From Actinomycetes bacterium (GTDB lineage: Bacteria > Actinomycetota > Actinomycetes > Actinomycetales > SCSIO-59966): DNA of 64,000 bases. The DNA lies in contig JBKHXE010000021.1 in assembly GCA_046566185.1 (NCBI GenBank), positions 2,053-66,052 of the forward strand. The letters are read 5' to 3'. The translations under genes and the position numbers were made by a program. How positions within the stretch are numbered: the stretch's first letter is position 1; each line of letters opens with the position of its first letter. Positions 8,482 to 16,636 of the stretch are shown here, one piece after another. The notes under the pieces were generated by a model. It saw nothing but the letters and a program-made list of their open reading frames with translations, was not told the DNA's origin and made no database searches.

Positions 8482-11210
8482 CAGTCCTCCGTCCCGGCCA
8501 GCGGGAGTGTAAACGAGAAGGTCGCGCCGCCGGCCGCGCCGTCGTCGACCCAGAGCCGCCCGCCGAGGTGGTCGACGATCTCCCGGCTGATCGGCAGGCC
8601 GAGCCCGGTGCCGGCCGGGCGGTTGCGGCGCACGTCGCCCCCCTGCCGGAACTTGTCGAAGATGACGTCACGGTCCGCCGGTGGCACCCCGGGCCCGTTG
8701 TCGTGGACGTCGACGCGCACGACGTCCGACTCCGGGCGCACCGCCACCGTCACCTGCCCGTCCTGCGGGTCGGCGAACTTCACCGCGTTGCCGAGCAGGT
8801 TGACCATCACCTGGACGACCCGGTCGCGGTCGGCGCGCACCGGCGGGACGACGTCCGGCAGGTCGGTGCGGAGCGTGACCCCGCGGGACGCGAACAGCTG
8901 TGCCGTGGCGTGCGTGGAGGCCTCCACGGCGTCACGCAGGTCGATCGGCTCGACGTGCCACTCCCCCGCGCCCGACTCCAGCTTGGCCAGGTCCAGCACC
9001 TGGTTGATGAGCCGGGTGAGCCGCTCGGTCTCCTCCACGATGGGGCCCAGGAAGGCCTGCCGCTCCGCGACCGTGAGATCGGGGTTGTCGAGCAGGATCT
9101 CCGAGAAGGCCCGGATCGACGTGAGCGGCGTGCGCAGCTCGTGGGTGACGGTCGACATGAAGTCGTCCTTGAGCCGGTCCAGCTCGGTGAGCCGCTCGTT
9201 CGCGGCCCGCAGGTCGGCGGTGGCCCGCTCGAGCTCGGCGGACTTGCGCTCGAGCTCGCGGCTGTAGGCGCGCACCTGCGAGGCCTCGTCGAGGATGTCC
9301 AGCACCTCGTCCAGTCCCAGGGGCTCCTCGGCCACCACGGACGAGACGAGCACGCGCGCCGACGCCGTGCCCACCGAGCCGGAGAGCAGGGCCTCGACGT
9401 GGTGGATGAGGCCGGCGTCCGCGGCCGCCCCGGCGCGGACGTCGGCACCGGTGCTGCGGGCGTACTCCTGCAGGGCCTGGCCGGCCCGGTGCGGCCCGAC
9501 GAAGCGCTCGAGCAGACCGCTCAGGGCGCCCACGGTGGCCGACCCCCGCCAGAGGGCCGCGCCGCGCTCGGGGCTGGGCCGCCGCATCGCGTCGACGAAG
9601 ACCGCGGCCTGGAGGTGCTCGACGGGGTCGCGACGCCCCGCCAGCGACACCGCGACGAGCAGCCCGACGTTGGCCAGCAGGCTCCACAGCATCGCGTGGC
9701 TGACCGGGTCGAGCCCGTCGAGTCCGAAGAGGGAGTACGGCGCCAGCAGCCGCACGCCGAACGGACCCTCGCCCGGGATGGACGCCGGCAGCCAGCCGGA
9801 CTCCGAGAACGAGGGCAGCAGGAGGGTGTACGCCCAGGTGGCGACGCCGGCGACCAGGCCGGTGACGGCGCCGGCCCGGGTGGCCCCCTTCCAGTACAGC
9901 CCCAGGAGCACGGCGGGGGCGAACTGCGCGACGGCCGCGAAGGAGACGAGGCCGATCTGCACGAGTCCCAAGGCGTCCGCGGCCATCCGGAAGTACGCGA
10001 ACCCCAGCAGCAGCAGGACGACGATGGTGACGCGGCGCACGAGCAGGACGACGGCGCCCAGGTCGGTGCGACCGCGCAGCGCCTCGCGGTTGCGCAGCAG
10101 CAGTGGCATCACCAACGAGTTCGAGACCATCGTGGACAGGGCGATCGTCTCGACGATGACCATCCCGGTCGCGGCGGACAGACCGCCGACGAAGACCAGC
10201 AGCGCCAGCAGGGGGCGCCCGTCCGCCATCGGCAGCGCGAGCACGAAGGTGTCGGCGTCCGCCTCCGGCAGGCGCAGCAGCCCGGCCAGGCTGATCGGCA
10301 GCACGAAGACGTTGATGAGCAGCAGGTACAGCGGGAAGACCCACGTCGCCGTCCGCACGTGGTTCTCGTCGACGTTCTCGACGACGGCCACCTGCCACTG
10401 CCGCGGCAGCAGCAGGAACGCGAGCATGGACAGCACCGTGAGCCAGAAGAACGACGCGTAGCCGGTCGTCGACTCCAGCGTCAGCAGCTCGGCCAGGTCG
10501 GCTCGCTCGGCGGCCTGGCCCACGACGTCCGCGAAGCCGTCGAAGAGCCCGAAGGTGACCCAGGAACCGACGACGAGGAAGGCGACCAGCTTGACCAGCG
10601 ACTCGAAGGCGATCGCCGCGACCATGCCCTCGTGCCGCTCGGTGGCGTCCAGGTGGCGCGTGCCGAAGACGATCGTGAAGGCGGCCAGGAGCAGGGCCGC
10701 GTACAGCGCGGTGTCCTGCACCACCGGCACCGACGCGGTGACGCCGGTGCCGAGCGGGCCGGTGCCGCCGCGCAGGATGGAGAAGGTCGTCGAGATGGCC
10801 TTGAGCTGCAGCGCGATGTAGGGCACCAGACCGAGCACCGCGACGACCGTGACCAGGCCACCGAGCACCTGGCTCTTGCCGTAACGGGCGGAGACGAAGT
10901 CCGCCAGCGAGGTGATGCGGTCGCGCTTGCAGATCCTGATGATCTTGCGCAGCACCACCCACCACAGGACGACGACGACGGTGGGGCCCAGGTAGATGGG
11001 CAGCCACGCCACCCCGCTCGTCGACGCCGTGCCGACGCTGCCGTAGTAGGTCCACGAGGTGGCGTAGACGGCGATGGAGAGCGCGTAGATGTAGCCGTTG
11101 CTGATGATGCTGCGCCCCGCGTCCGCGCGCCGGTCGCCGTAGAACGCGATGGCGAACAGCAGCGCCAGGTACGCCACCGAGACGGCGACCACGACCCAGG
11201 TGGCGACCAC
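8481..11210 (-). CDS. sensor histidine kinase with N-terminal sodium:solute-symporter (SSF/SLC5) domain (CrbS/MxtR-like)
   Basis: ORF 8481..11210, 909 aa. The N-terminal ~500 aa are polytopic and SSF-like (ISNGYIYALSIAVYATSWTYYGSVG...). The C-terminus has canonical HisKA (FMSTVTHELRTPLTSI) and HATPase boxes (LLGNAVKF, DNGPGV, GTGLGL). There is no receiver domain. Confidence 0.9.
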   Translation of the reverse strand: MVATWVVVAVSVAYLALLFAIAFYGDRRADAGRSIISNGYIYALSIAVYATSWTYYGSVGTASTSGVAWLPIYLGPTVVVVLWWVVLRKIIRICKRDRITSLADFVSARYGKSQVLGGLVTVVAVLGLVPYIALQLKAISTTFSILRGGTGPLGTGVTASVPVVQDTALYAALLLAAFTIVFGTRHLDATERHEGMVAAIAFESLVKLVAFLVVGSWVTFGLFDGFADVVGQAAERADLAELLTLESTTGYASFFWLTVLSMLAFLLLPRQWQVAVVENVDENHVRTATWVFPLYLLLINVFVLPISLAGLLRLPEADADTFVLALPMADGRPLLALLVFVGGLSAATGMVIVETIALSTMVSNSLVMPLLLRNREALRGRTDLGAVVLLVRRVTIVVLLLLGFAYFRMAADALGLVQIGLVSFAAVAQFAPAVLLGLYWKGATRAGAVTGLVAGVATWAYTLLLPSFSESGWLPASIPGEGPFGVRLLAPYSLFGLDGLDPVSHAMLWSLLANVGLLVAVSLAGRRDPVEHLQAAVFVDAMRRPSPERGAALWRGSATVGALSGLLERFVGPHRAGQALQEYARSTGADVRAGAAADAGLIHHVEALLSGSVGTASARVLVSSVVAEEPLGLDEVLDILDEASQVRAYSRELERKSAELERATADLRAANERLTELDRLKDDFMSTVTHELRTPLTSIRAFSEILLDNPDLTVAERQAFLGPIVEETERLTRLINQVLDLAKLESGAGEWHVEPIDLRDAVEASTHATAQLFASRGVTLRTDLPDVVPPVRADRDRVVQVMVNLLGNAVKFADPQDGQVTVAVRPESDVVRVDVHDNGPGVPPADRDVIFDKFRQGGDVRRNRPAGTGLGLPISREIVDHLGGRLWVDDGAAGGATFSFTLPLAGTED

Positions 11211-11211
11211 G

Positions 11212-11403
11212 TCAACGACCTCGCACGGTGAGGCCCGCGACGACGATCACGGCCAGCCAGACGCCGAACAGGTAGAGCCACACCAGCGGCACGCCGAGCA
11301 CGAGCACGGCCACGTCGAACACGGCGAGGACGGGGTAGCCGAAGAGCAGCACGGCGGTCACCGCGAGCGCGACCAGCCGCGCGGTCCGTGCCTCCTCGCC
11401 CAC
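11212..11403 (-). CDS. small two-helix membrane protein, small-subunit-like partner of the SSF sensor domain (DUF3311/DUF4212-like)
   Basis: ORF 11212..11403, 63 aa (LVALAVTAVLLFGYPVLAVF...VLGVPLVWLYLFGVWLAVIVVAGL). Its stop lies 1 nt before the kinase GTG 11210. It shares an LGVPL-aromatic motif with the DUF4212 protein at 5085..5363. Confidence 0.5.
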   Translation of the reverse strand: MGEEARTARLVALAVTAVLLFGYPVLAVFDVAVLVLGVPLVWLYLFGVWLAVIVVAGLTVRGR

Positions 11404-11415
11404 GCCGACCTCCTC

Positions 11416-12459
11416 TCAGGTCACCGTATGGGTGGCGTAGCGGTTCTCGGTCACCTCTTGGACGACACGCACCGTGCGCACCGCGTCCCGCAGACGCCGC
11501 TGGTCGGCGCGGGAGAGGGCGTCGACCCGCACCCGGTTGTCCGGCACCTGGCCGGCGCGGACCTGCTGCACCTGGTGCCGCAGCCTCAGCTCGGTCAGGA
11601 GGCGGTAGGCGTCGGTCAGCTGCTCCACGCCGGAGGGGCTGAGCGCGCGCGCCTCGCGGGCCGCCTCCAGGCGGCTGGTCGTCGTCCGGGCGGCGGAGCC
11701 GGCGGCGAGCGCGTAGAGCCGGGCGAGCAGGACGATGGCGGCGGTGCCGGCCCGCTTCACGTCGAGGACGCCGTGGTCGGTGTGAAGGCGGCCGAAGATG
11801 ATCCGCGGCGGCCTGAACGACACCGCTGCCCGGGCCATCTGCAGGACGAACGTGCCGTCCCCGCCGCCTCGCACCAGCAGGTCGCCCAGCACGGCGACGT
11901 CGAGGTCGCCGTGCACCGGCCGGACGTCGAGGAACACCTCGGCCCTCAGCAGCGCCGCGGGAAGCGGGTGGTCGACCCAGCGGCGGAAGAGCTCGGCGAG
12001 CTCCTCCAGCGGGTGCCACCAGGTGGTGGCCATGTAGCCGCCGCTGCACCGCGGGATGCCGGCGCGGGCCAGGCCGTCCACGACGAGCGCGGCCAGCGCC
12101 GGGTAGTACTCGCGGGGCGGGCCGCCGTGCAGCCGCGGGCCGCCGTAGGCCAGCGCGCTGTCCTGGTCGCTGGAGAGCACCTGCTCGCCGCGACCGTGCG
12201 ACCCGAGCGCCAGCCAGGCGTACGCGAACGGCGGCGGGCCCAGGTGGGCCTCCGCCAGCGCGAGCAGCCGCGAGGTGAGGACGTCGTTCACGGCGGCGAC
12301 CGCCTGCGTGACGTGCAGGGCGTCGGCGCCGTCGTCGAGCAGGCGCGACGTCGCCCGCGTCATGGCGTCGGCGTAGCCGTCGAGGGGGGCGAGGTGGAGC
12401 ACCCCGCCCAGGCCGCGGGCGAGCTCGAGCGGCTCGCGCACCTCGTCCGTCAGCTCCAC
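11416..12459 (-). CDS. DUF294-family putative nucleotidyltransferase (NTase plus substrate-binding domain), without CBS/cNMP N-terminal domains
   Basis: ORF 11416..12459, 347 aa. YAWLALGSHGRGEQVLSSDQDSALAY is the pol-beta-type NTase G[SG]...DxD signature seen in DUF294/GlnD-like proteins. The C-terminal helical part (AAIVLLARLYALAAG...TTSRL) resembles DUF294_C. Confidence 0.8.
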   Translation of the reverse strand: MELTDEVREPLELARGLGGVLHLAPLDGYADAMTRATSRLLDDGADALHVTQAVAAVNDVLTSRLLALAEAHLGPPPFAYAWLALGSHGRGEQVLSSDQDSALAYGGPRLHGGPPREYYPALAALVVDGLARAGIPRCSGGYMATTWWHPLEELAELFRRWVDHPLPAALLRAEVFLDVRPVHGDLDVAVLGDLLVRGGGDGTFVLQMARAAVSFRPPRIIFGRLHTDHGVLDVKRAGTAAIVLLARLYALAAGSAARTTTSRLEAAREARALSPSGVEQLTDAYRLLTELRLRHQVQQVRAGQVPDNRVRVDALSRADQRRLRDAVRTVRVVQEVTENRYATHTVT

Positions 12460-12534
12460 GGCACGGCTCCGTCGTCCTCACCGGCAATGATCACCTGGGC
12501 CGAGACTAGCCGCGCGCCGTGCGGGCGGTACGGG

Positions 12535-13506
12535 TCAGAGCAGCCCTCGGCGCCGCAGCCCCCCGGCCGCGAGGGCGCCGAGCGGCACCAGCAGCCAGAA
12601 GGTGGCCAGGCGGTACAGCAGGACGGCCGGCGCCGCCTGCGCCAGCGGGACGCCGGCCGCCACCAGCCCGGCGGTCATCGCCGCCTCGACGCCTCCCACA
12701 CCCGCGGGGGTGGGCACGCTGCTGCCCACGGCCGAGCCCGCGAGCAGGACGACGACCACCGCCAGCGGCGTCAGCGAGCCGCCCACCGCCTGCACGGACG
12801 CCCACAGCGCCCCGGCGAGACCGCCGGTCAGCACGACACAGCCACCGAGACCGGCGACGAGCCGGCGCGGGCGGCGCACGACGGCGAGCAGCTGCGGGCG
12901 CACCTCGGCGAACCGAACGGCGGTGGTCAGCGGCACGAGCCGCCACCACCACCGTCGCGTCATGGCGAGGACGACCGCGGCGGCCCCGACGGCCAGCGCC
13001 ACGGTGAGCGGGGTGCGGGTGCTCTCGACGGTCGGCGCCGGTCCGGTGACCGGGAGCAGGGCGACGGCGCCGAGGACCACGCCGGTGACGGCGACCTGGG
13101 CGACCTGACTGGCGGCCACCGCGACGACCGCAGGTGCGGCGCCCGCTCCCGAGCGCTGCACGACGCGGGCGTTGACGGCGACGGTACCCACCGAGGCCGG
13201 TGTCACCACCTTGAGCGCGGTGCCCGCGAGCTGCGCCGACAGCGCCCTCCGGAGGGTGAGCGGCACCGGGCTGAAGCCCACGAGGTTCCAGGCGGCCCCG
13301 AGCAGGGACGCGGCGGTGGCCCCGACGGCGGCGGGGACCGCCCACCACCGGACCCGCGCCAGCAGCGGCTCGAGGTCGACGGCGGCGAGCTGCACGGTCA
13401 TCGCCAGCAGGACGACGGCCACGAGGGCCGCGACGACGGCCCTGTACCACCGGGACCGGCCGGCGGCCGGAGCCGGCGGCGGTGCGGCGAGGACGGGCGC
13501 GGTCAC
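12535..13506 (-). CDS. flippase-like / lysylphosphatidylglycerol-synthase TM-region family membrane protein (UPF0104)
   Basis: ORF 12535..13749. The product is polytopic with the family-typical C-terminus SSVPTPAGVGGVEAAMTAGLVAAGVPLAQAAPAVLLYRLATFWLLVP. The 5' 80 codons are Arg/Pro-rich. GTG 13506 is preferred (GTG 13626 is the alternative). The start is uncertain. Confidence 0.6.
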   Translation of the reverse strand: MTAPVLAAPPPAPAAGRSRWYRAVVAALVAVVLLAMTVQLAAVDLEPLLARVRWWAVPAAVGATAASLLGAAWNLVGFSPVPLTLRRALSAQLAGTALKVVTPASVGTVAVNARVVQRSGAGAAPAVVAVAASQVAQVAVTGVVLGAVALLPVTGPAPTVESTRTPLTVALAVGAAAVVLAMTRRWWWRLVPLTTAVRFAEVRPQLLAVVRRPRRLVAGLGGCVVLTGGLAGALWASVQAVGGSLTPLAVVVVLLAGSAVGSSVPTPAGVGGVEAAMTAGLVAAGVPLAQAAPAVLLYRLATFWLLVPLGALAAGGLRRRGLL

Positions 13507-13830
13507 CTGGCCAGCCTCCCGGCCGGCGCGCGGTGCGGACGAGCCCGGCGGCCCGACGACCGGTGCTGGGGCTGCCCCCACCACCTGATGGTCGTGGCGC
13601 CTCGCCACCGCCCCCCGCGTGCTCACGACTCCACGGTAGGGACGAGGAGCACCGGTGACGTCGTCATTCGGTCTCCGACGCGCCGACGGACGTCGACGCA
13701 CGGCGGCCGGCCCCGGCTCCTGGAGCGCACGGGGGCTCGATCTCGGCATTGCCTGGCGCGGCCCACGGGTGGAGCGTGGACGCGACCGGCGGTGCCACCG
13801 GGTGCCGCCACTCGACGCGGAGGTCGAGCC

Positions 13831-14451
13831 ATGTACGCACGCACCACGGAGTTCACCGGCGGGTCAGGCAGGCTGGACGCGGGTCTGGCCTTCGTCCGCG
13901 AGGAGGTGCTGCCGACCGTCACGGCCATCGACGGCTGCATCGGCCTCTCCTGTCTGGCGGACCGCTCGTCCGGCCGCTGCATCGCCACCAGCGCGTGGAC
14001 GACGCAGGAGGCCATGCGGGCGAGCGACGCCCGGATCGAGCCGCTGCGCCGGCGCGGCTCGGAGATCTTCGGCGGGATGCCACGGGTCCAGGAGTGGGAG
14101 ATCGCGGCGCTGCACCGTGACCACCAGGCCCCGGACGGCGCGTGCGCGCGGGTCACGTGGCTCCGCGCCGGCGCCGAGGGCATCGCCGAGGCCGTCGACG
14201 TCTTCCGGATGGTGACGCTGCCGAAGCTGGACCACATCGGCGGCTTCGTCAGCGCCAGCCTCCTGGTGGACCGGGACGGTGGCATCGGCGCGGCCTCGAC
14301 CGTCTGGGAGAACCGCGAGGCCATGGTCGCGAGCCGGGCCGAGGCCGACCGCCTGCGGCAGCAGGTCAAGGACGAGTCCCGCGGCGAGATCATCGAGGTC
14401 GCCGAGTTCGAGCTGGTGCTCGCGCACCTGCACGTGCCCGAGATGGTCTGA
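13831..14451 (+). CDS. tandem dimeric alpha/beta-barrel (ABM / Dabb-like) domain protein
   Basis: The last 206 codons of the 1100-aa composite ORF 11149..14451. ATG 13831 is preceded by GGAGG (13819..13823). The product has two ~95-aa halves, each ending in a W..eEAm..s pattern (SAWTTQEAMRAS, TVWENREAMVAS). Confidence 0.55.
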   Translation: MYARTTEFTGGSGRLDAGLAFVREEVLPTVTAIDGCIGLSCLADRSSGRCIATSAWTTQEAMRASDARIEPLRRRGSEIFGGMPRVQEWEIAALHRDHQAPDGACARVTWLRAGAEGIAEAVDVFRMVTLPKLDHIGGFVSASLLVDRDGGIGAASTVWENREAMVASRAEADRLRQQVKDESRGEIIEVAEFELVLAHLHVPEMV

Positions 14452-14457
14452 GGCGGG

Positions 14458-15879
14458 TCAGTCGAGCAGGGCGCCGCACAGCTCGACGTACTGGATCAGG
14501 TGGCGGTCGCCCAGCAGCTGGTCGCGCACCCGCTCGCGCCCCGCCTCGCCCAGGCGGTGCGCGAGCTCCGGGTCGCCGAGCAGCCGGCGCAGGGCGGCCG
14601 CCAGCTCGTCGAGGTCCCGCGGGTCGTGCACCAGCAGCCCCTCCTGCCCGTCGCGGATCTGGTCCTGGATCCCGCCGACCGCGCTCGCCACCACCGGACG
14701 GCCCTTCCACATCGCCTCGGCCACCGTGAGCCCGAAGCCCTCCACGAGGCTCTTCTGGACGACCACGTGGGCGTGCCGCTGCAGGGCGTTGACCATGAGG
14801 GCGTTCTCGTCGACGTCGTCCATCGGCAGCGTCGCCAGGTGAACGCGCTCCCGGCGGCCGGGGTCGAGGGCGCGCCACGCGGCGATGCACTCGGCCAGCA
14901 CCTCGGCGCCCTCGGGGTCGTCGCTGACGCCGCCGACCTCGGGGCCGGCGAGCACGAGGTGGACGTCGTCCGGCAGGTCCCCGACGTGCCGCGCGAAGGC
15001 GGCCATCACGCCCGCCATGTCCTTGAGCCGGTCCCACCGGCTGACCTGGACGACGAGGCGTGCGTCGACGGGTGGGGGCGTCGAGGTGTCGACGAGGATG
15101 CCGTGGTGCCGGCGCAGGACGTCGTCCCGTCCGTCGCGGCGCCGGAAGCTCAGCGGCGGGCACTCGCCGCCGCGGGCGAGGCCGGCGGTGCAGAGGACGC
15201 CGACCACCTCCTCGGCGGTGAGGTCCTGGTTCTTCGCCGTGAAGGGGTCGATCGACGGGGGGATGACCCACAGGCGGTCCGGATCCACCCAGGCCGGGGC
15301 GTACTGCCGTCGTGAGTAGATGTGGGCCTCGGCCTTCGCGAGGTAGGGCCGCAGGAACTCCCACCCGCGGTCGGTCTGCTCGTTCGGCTCGTCGCGGCCC
15401 ACGTGGCAGCGCCACACGACGTGTGCGCCGGTGGCCAGCAGCCCGTCGACGAGGCCGGCGGTCTGCGGGTCGTGCAGCAGCACGATGTCGCCGGGACGCA
15501 CCTCGTGCACGATGGCCTGCAGGTTGTCGTCCAGGACGGCCTCGTAGTGCCGCCGCTCTGCGTCACCGAGCGGGCCACCGTCGCCGGGCTCACCGTGCAG
15601 CACGTTGTGCAGACGCTTCGTGACGGCGAAGAACGCCGGGTCTCCCCGCAGCACGAGCCACCGGGTGTCGACGCCCGCACCTCGGGCGTAGGCCAGCAGG
15701 GTCTGGAGCATCTCGGCCACCCCGCCTCCCTGGGCGGTGGCGTTGACGTTCCACACGACCCGGTCACCGAGCAGGCGACGCGCAGCCTCCGCGGTGGCCA
15801 TCAGGCGCTGCGCGCGCTCGGGGGTCAGCAGCCCCGTCAGTCGCTCGAGGGGCAGGGGCTCGATCTCGACATGGCGCAC
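14458..15879 (-). CDS. treT: trehalose synthase TreT-type glycosyltransferase (GT4)
   Basis: ORF 14458..15879, 473 aa. The N-terminal block VNATAQGGGVAEMLQTLLAYARGAGVDTRWLVLRGDPAFFAVTKRLHNVLHG closely follows the TreT signature as I recall it. The C-terminus is a GT-B group-1 block (EGFGLTVAEAMWKGRPVVASAVGGIQDQI). Confidence 0.8.
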   Translation of the reverse strand: MRHVEIEPLPLERLTGLLTPERAQRLMATAEAARRLLGDRVVWNVNATAQGGGVAEMLQTLLAYARGAGVDTRWLVLRGDPAFFAVTKRLHNVLHGEPGDGGPLGDAERRHYEAVLDDNLQAIVHEVRPGDIVLLHDPQTAGLVDGLLATGAHVVWRCHVGRDEPNEQTDRGWEFLRPYLAKAEAHIYSRRQYAPAWVDPDRLWVIPPSIDPFTAKNQDLTAEEVVGVLCTAGLARGGECPPLSFRRRDGRDDVLRRHHGILVDTSTPPPVDARLVVQVSRWDRLKDMAGVMAAFARHVGDLPDDVHLVLAGPEVGGVSDDPEGAEVLAECIAAWRALDPGRRERVHLATLPMDDVDENALMVNALQRHAHVVVQKSLVEGFGLTVAEAMWKGRPVVASAVGGIQDQIRDGQEGLLVHDPRDLDELAAALRRLLGDPELAHRLGEAGRERVRDQLLGDRHLIQYVELCGALLD

Positions 15880-16006
15880 GTCTCCTTTCTACGTCGGGAC
15901 CGGCGCACCGGCCAGCGCCGACCGCGAGAACCCGCAGACCGCTTGTCTCGCGGCGCGGCGCGTGCCTACCGTCGTGGGTACAGGCACGACGAGGACGGTG
16001 GCCGCG

Positions 16007-16636
16007 ATGAGCCGGATCCCCCAGACACCAGAAGGTCTCCCCCGCCTGTCGCGCGGGAGCCACCTCGGCCCCGAGGAGGGAGCGTGCTTCATGGAGTACG
16101 CCTCCTTCCTGGCCGGCGAGCCCTTCAGCGACCAGCCCGGCTGTACGCACCCGTTGCTCGCGGAGCTGGCCCGCATGGTCAACGACTCGGTCAGCGACGC
16201 GGGCCGGCAGCGTCTGCTCCCGCTCGTGCCGGCGGTCATCGGGCGCACCAGCGACGACCCGCGCGTCGCGGCGCTGCTCGTGCAGCGGCTCGTCGACGAG
16301 GCGGAGGCGCGCGACGTCGAGGGCCCGTCACTGCGCTGGCACCGGCGGCGCGCCCAGCTGCGTCTGCGCCGCATCGCCGGACGGGGCCCGGCCGGCCCCC
16401 TCCTGGCCCGCCTGCGGGAAGTCGTCGACTTCGCCTACCGGGAGGGGCCGGCGTCCCGCGCCGTCAACGCGATCGGCTTCGCGGCGTGCGGGCCACCGGA
16501 CTCCCGTCGCGACGACCGGCTCACGGCGCTGCTGGTGGCGGGCATCGACGTGCTCGAGCGGGTCGGCGCCGGCGGGAGCCGCCCGGACGCCGCAGCCACC
16601 GTCAGGCGTACCGGGACGCGGGGGGCAGCGGCCTGA
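16007..16636 (+). CDS. hypothetical protein
   Basis: The last 209 codons of ORF 15737..16636, from ATG 16007. The frame has high G/C at codon position 3 and a non-junk composition (GACFMEYASFLAGEPFSDQPGCTHPLLAELARMVND). No family was recognised. The 3' end overlaps the convergent gene by 35 nt. Confidence 0.5.
   Translation: MSRIPQTPEGLPRLSRGSHLGPEEGACFMEYASFLAGEPFSDQPGCTHPLLAELARMVNDSVSDAGRQRLLPLVPAVIGRTSDDPRVAALLVQRLVDEAEARDVEGPSLRWHRRRAQLRLRRIAGRGPAGPLLARLREVVDFAYREGPASRAVNAIGFAACGPPDSRRDDRLTALLVAGIDVLERVGAGGSRPDAAATVRRTGTRGAAA

Noticed and set aside
8568-11231. An 887-aa plus-strand ORF and a 707-aa minus-strand alternate-frame ORF (8932..11055) over the sensor kinase gene.
   Set aside because: Both are shadow ORFs with Arg/Pro/Gly/Asp-rich low-complexity translations. 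Frame 8481..11210 has SSF helices and canonical HisKA and HATPase motifs.
11149-13830. The 5' ~890 codons of the 1100-aa plus-strand ORF 11149..14451.
   Set aside because: Only the last 206 codons, from ATG 13831 with a GGAGG site, look like real protein. The rest is Arg/Gly/His/Pro-rich and lies antisense to three well-supported minus-strand genes.
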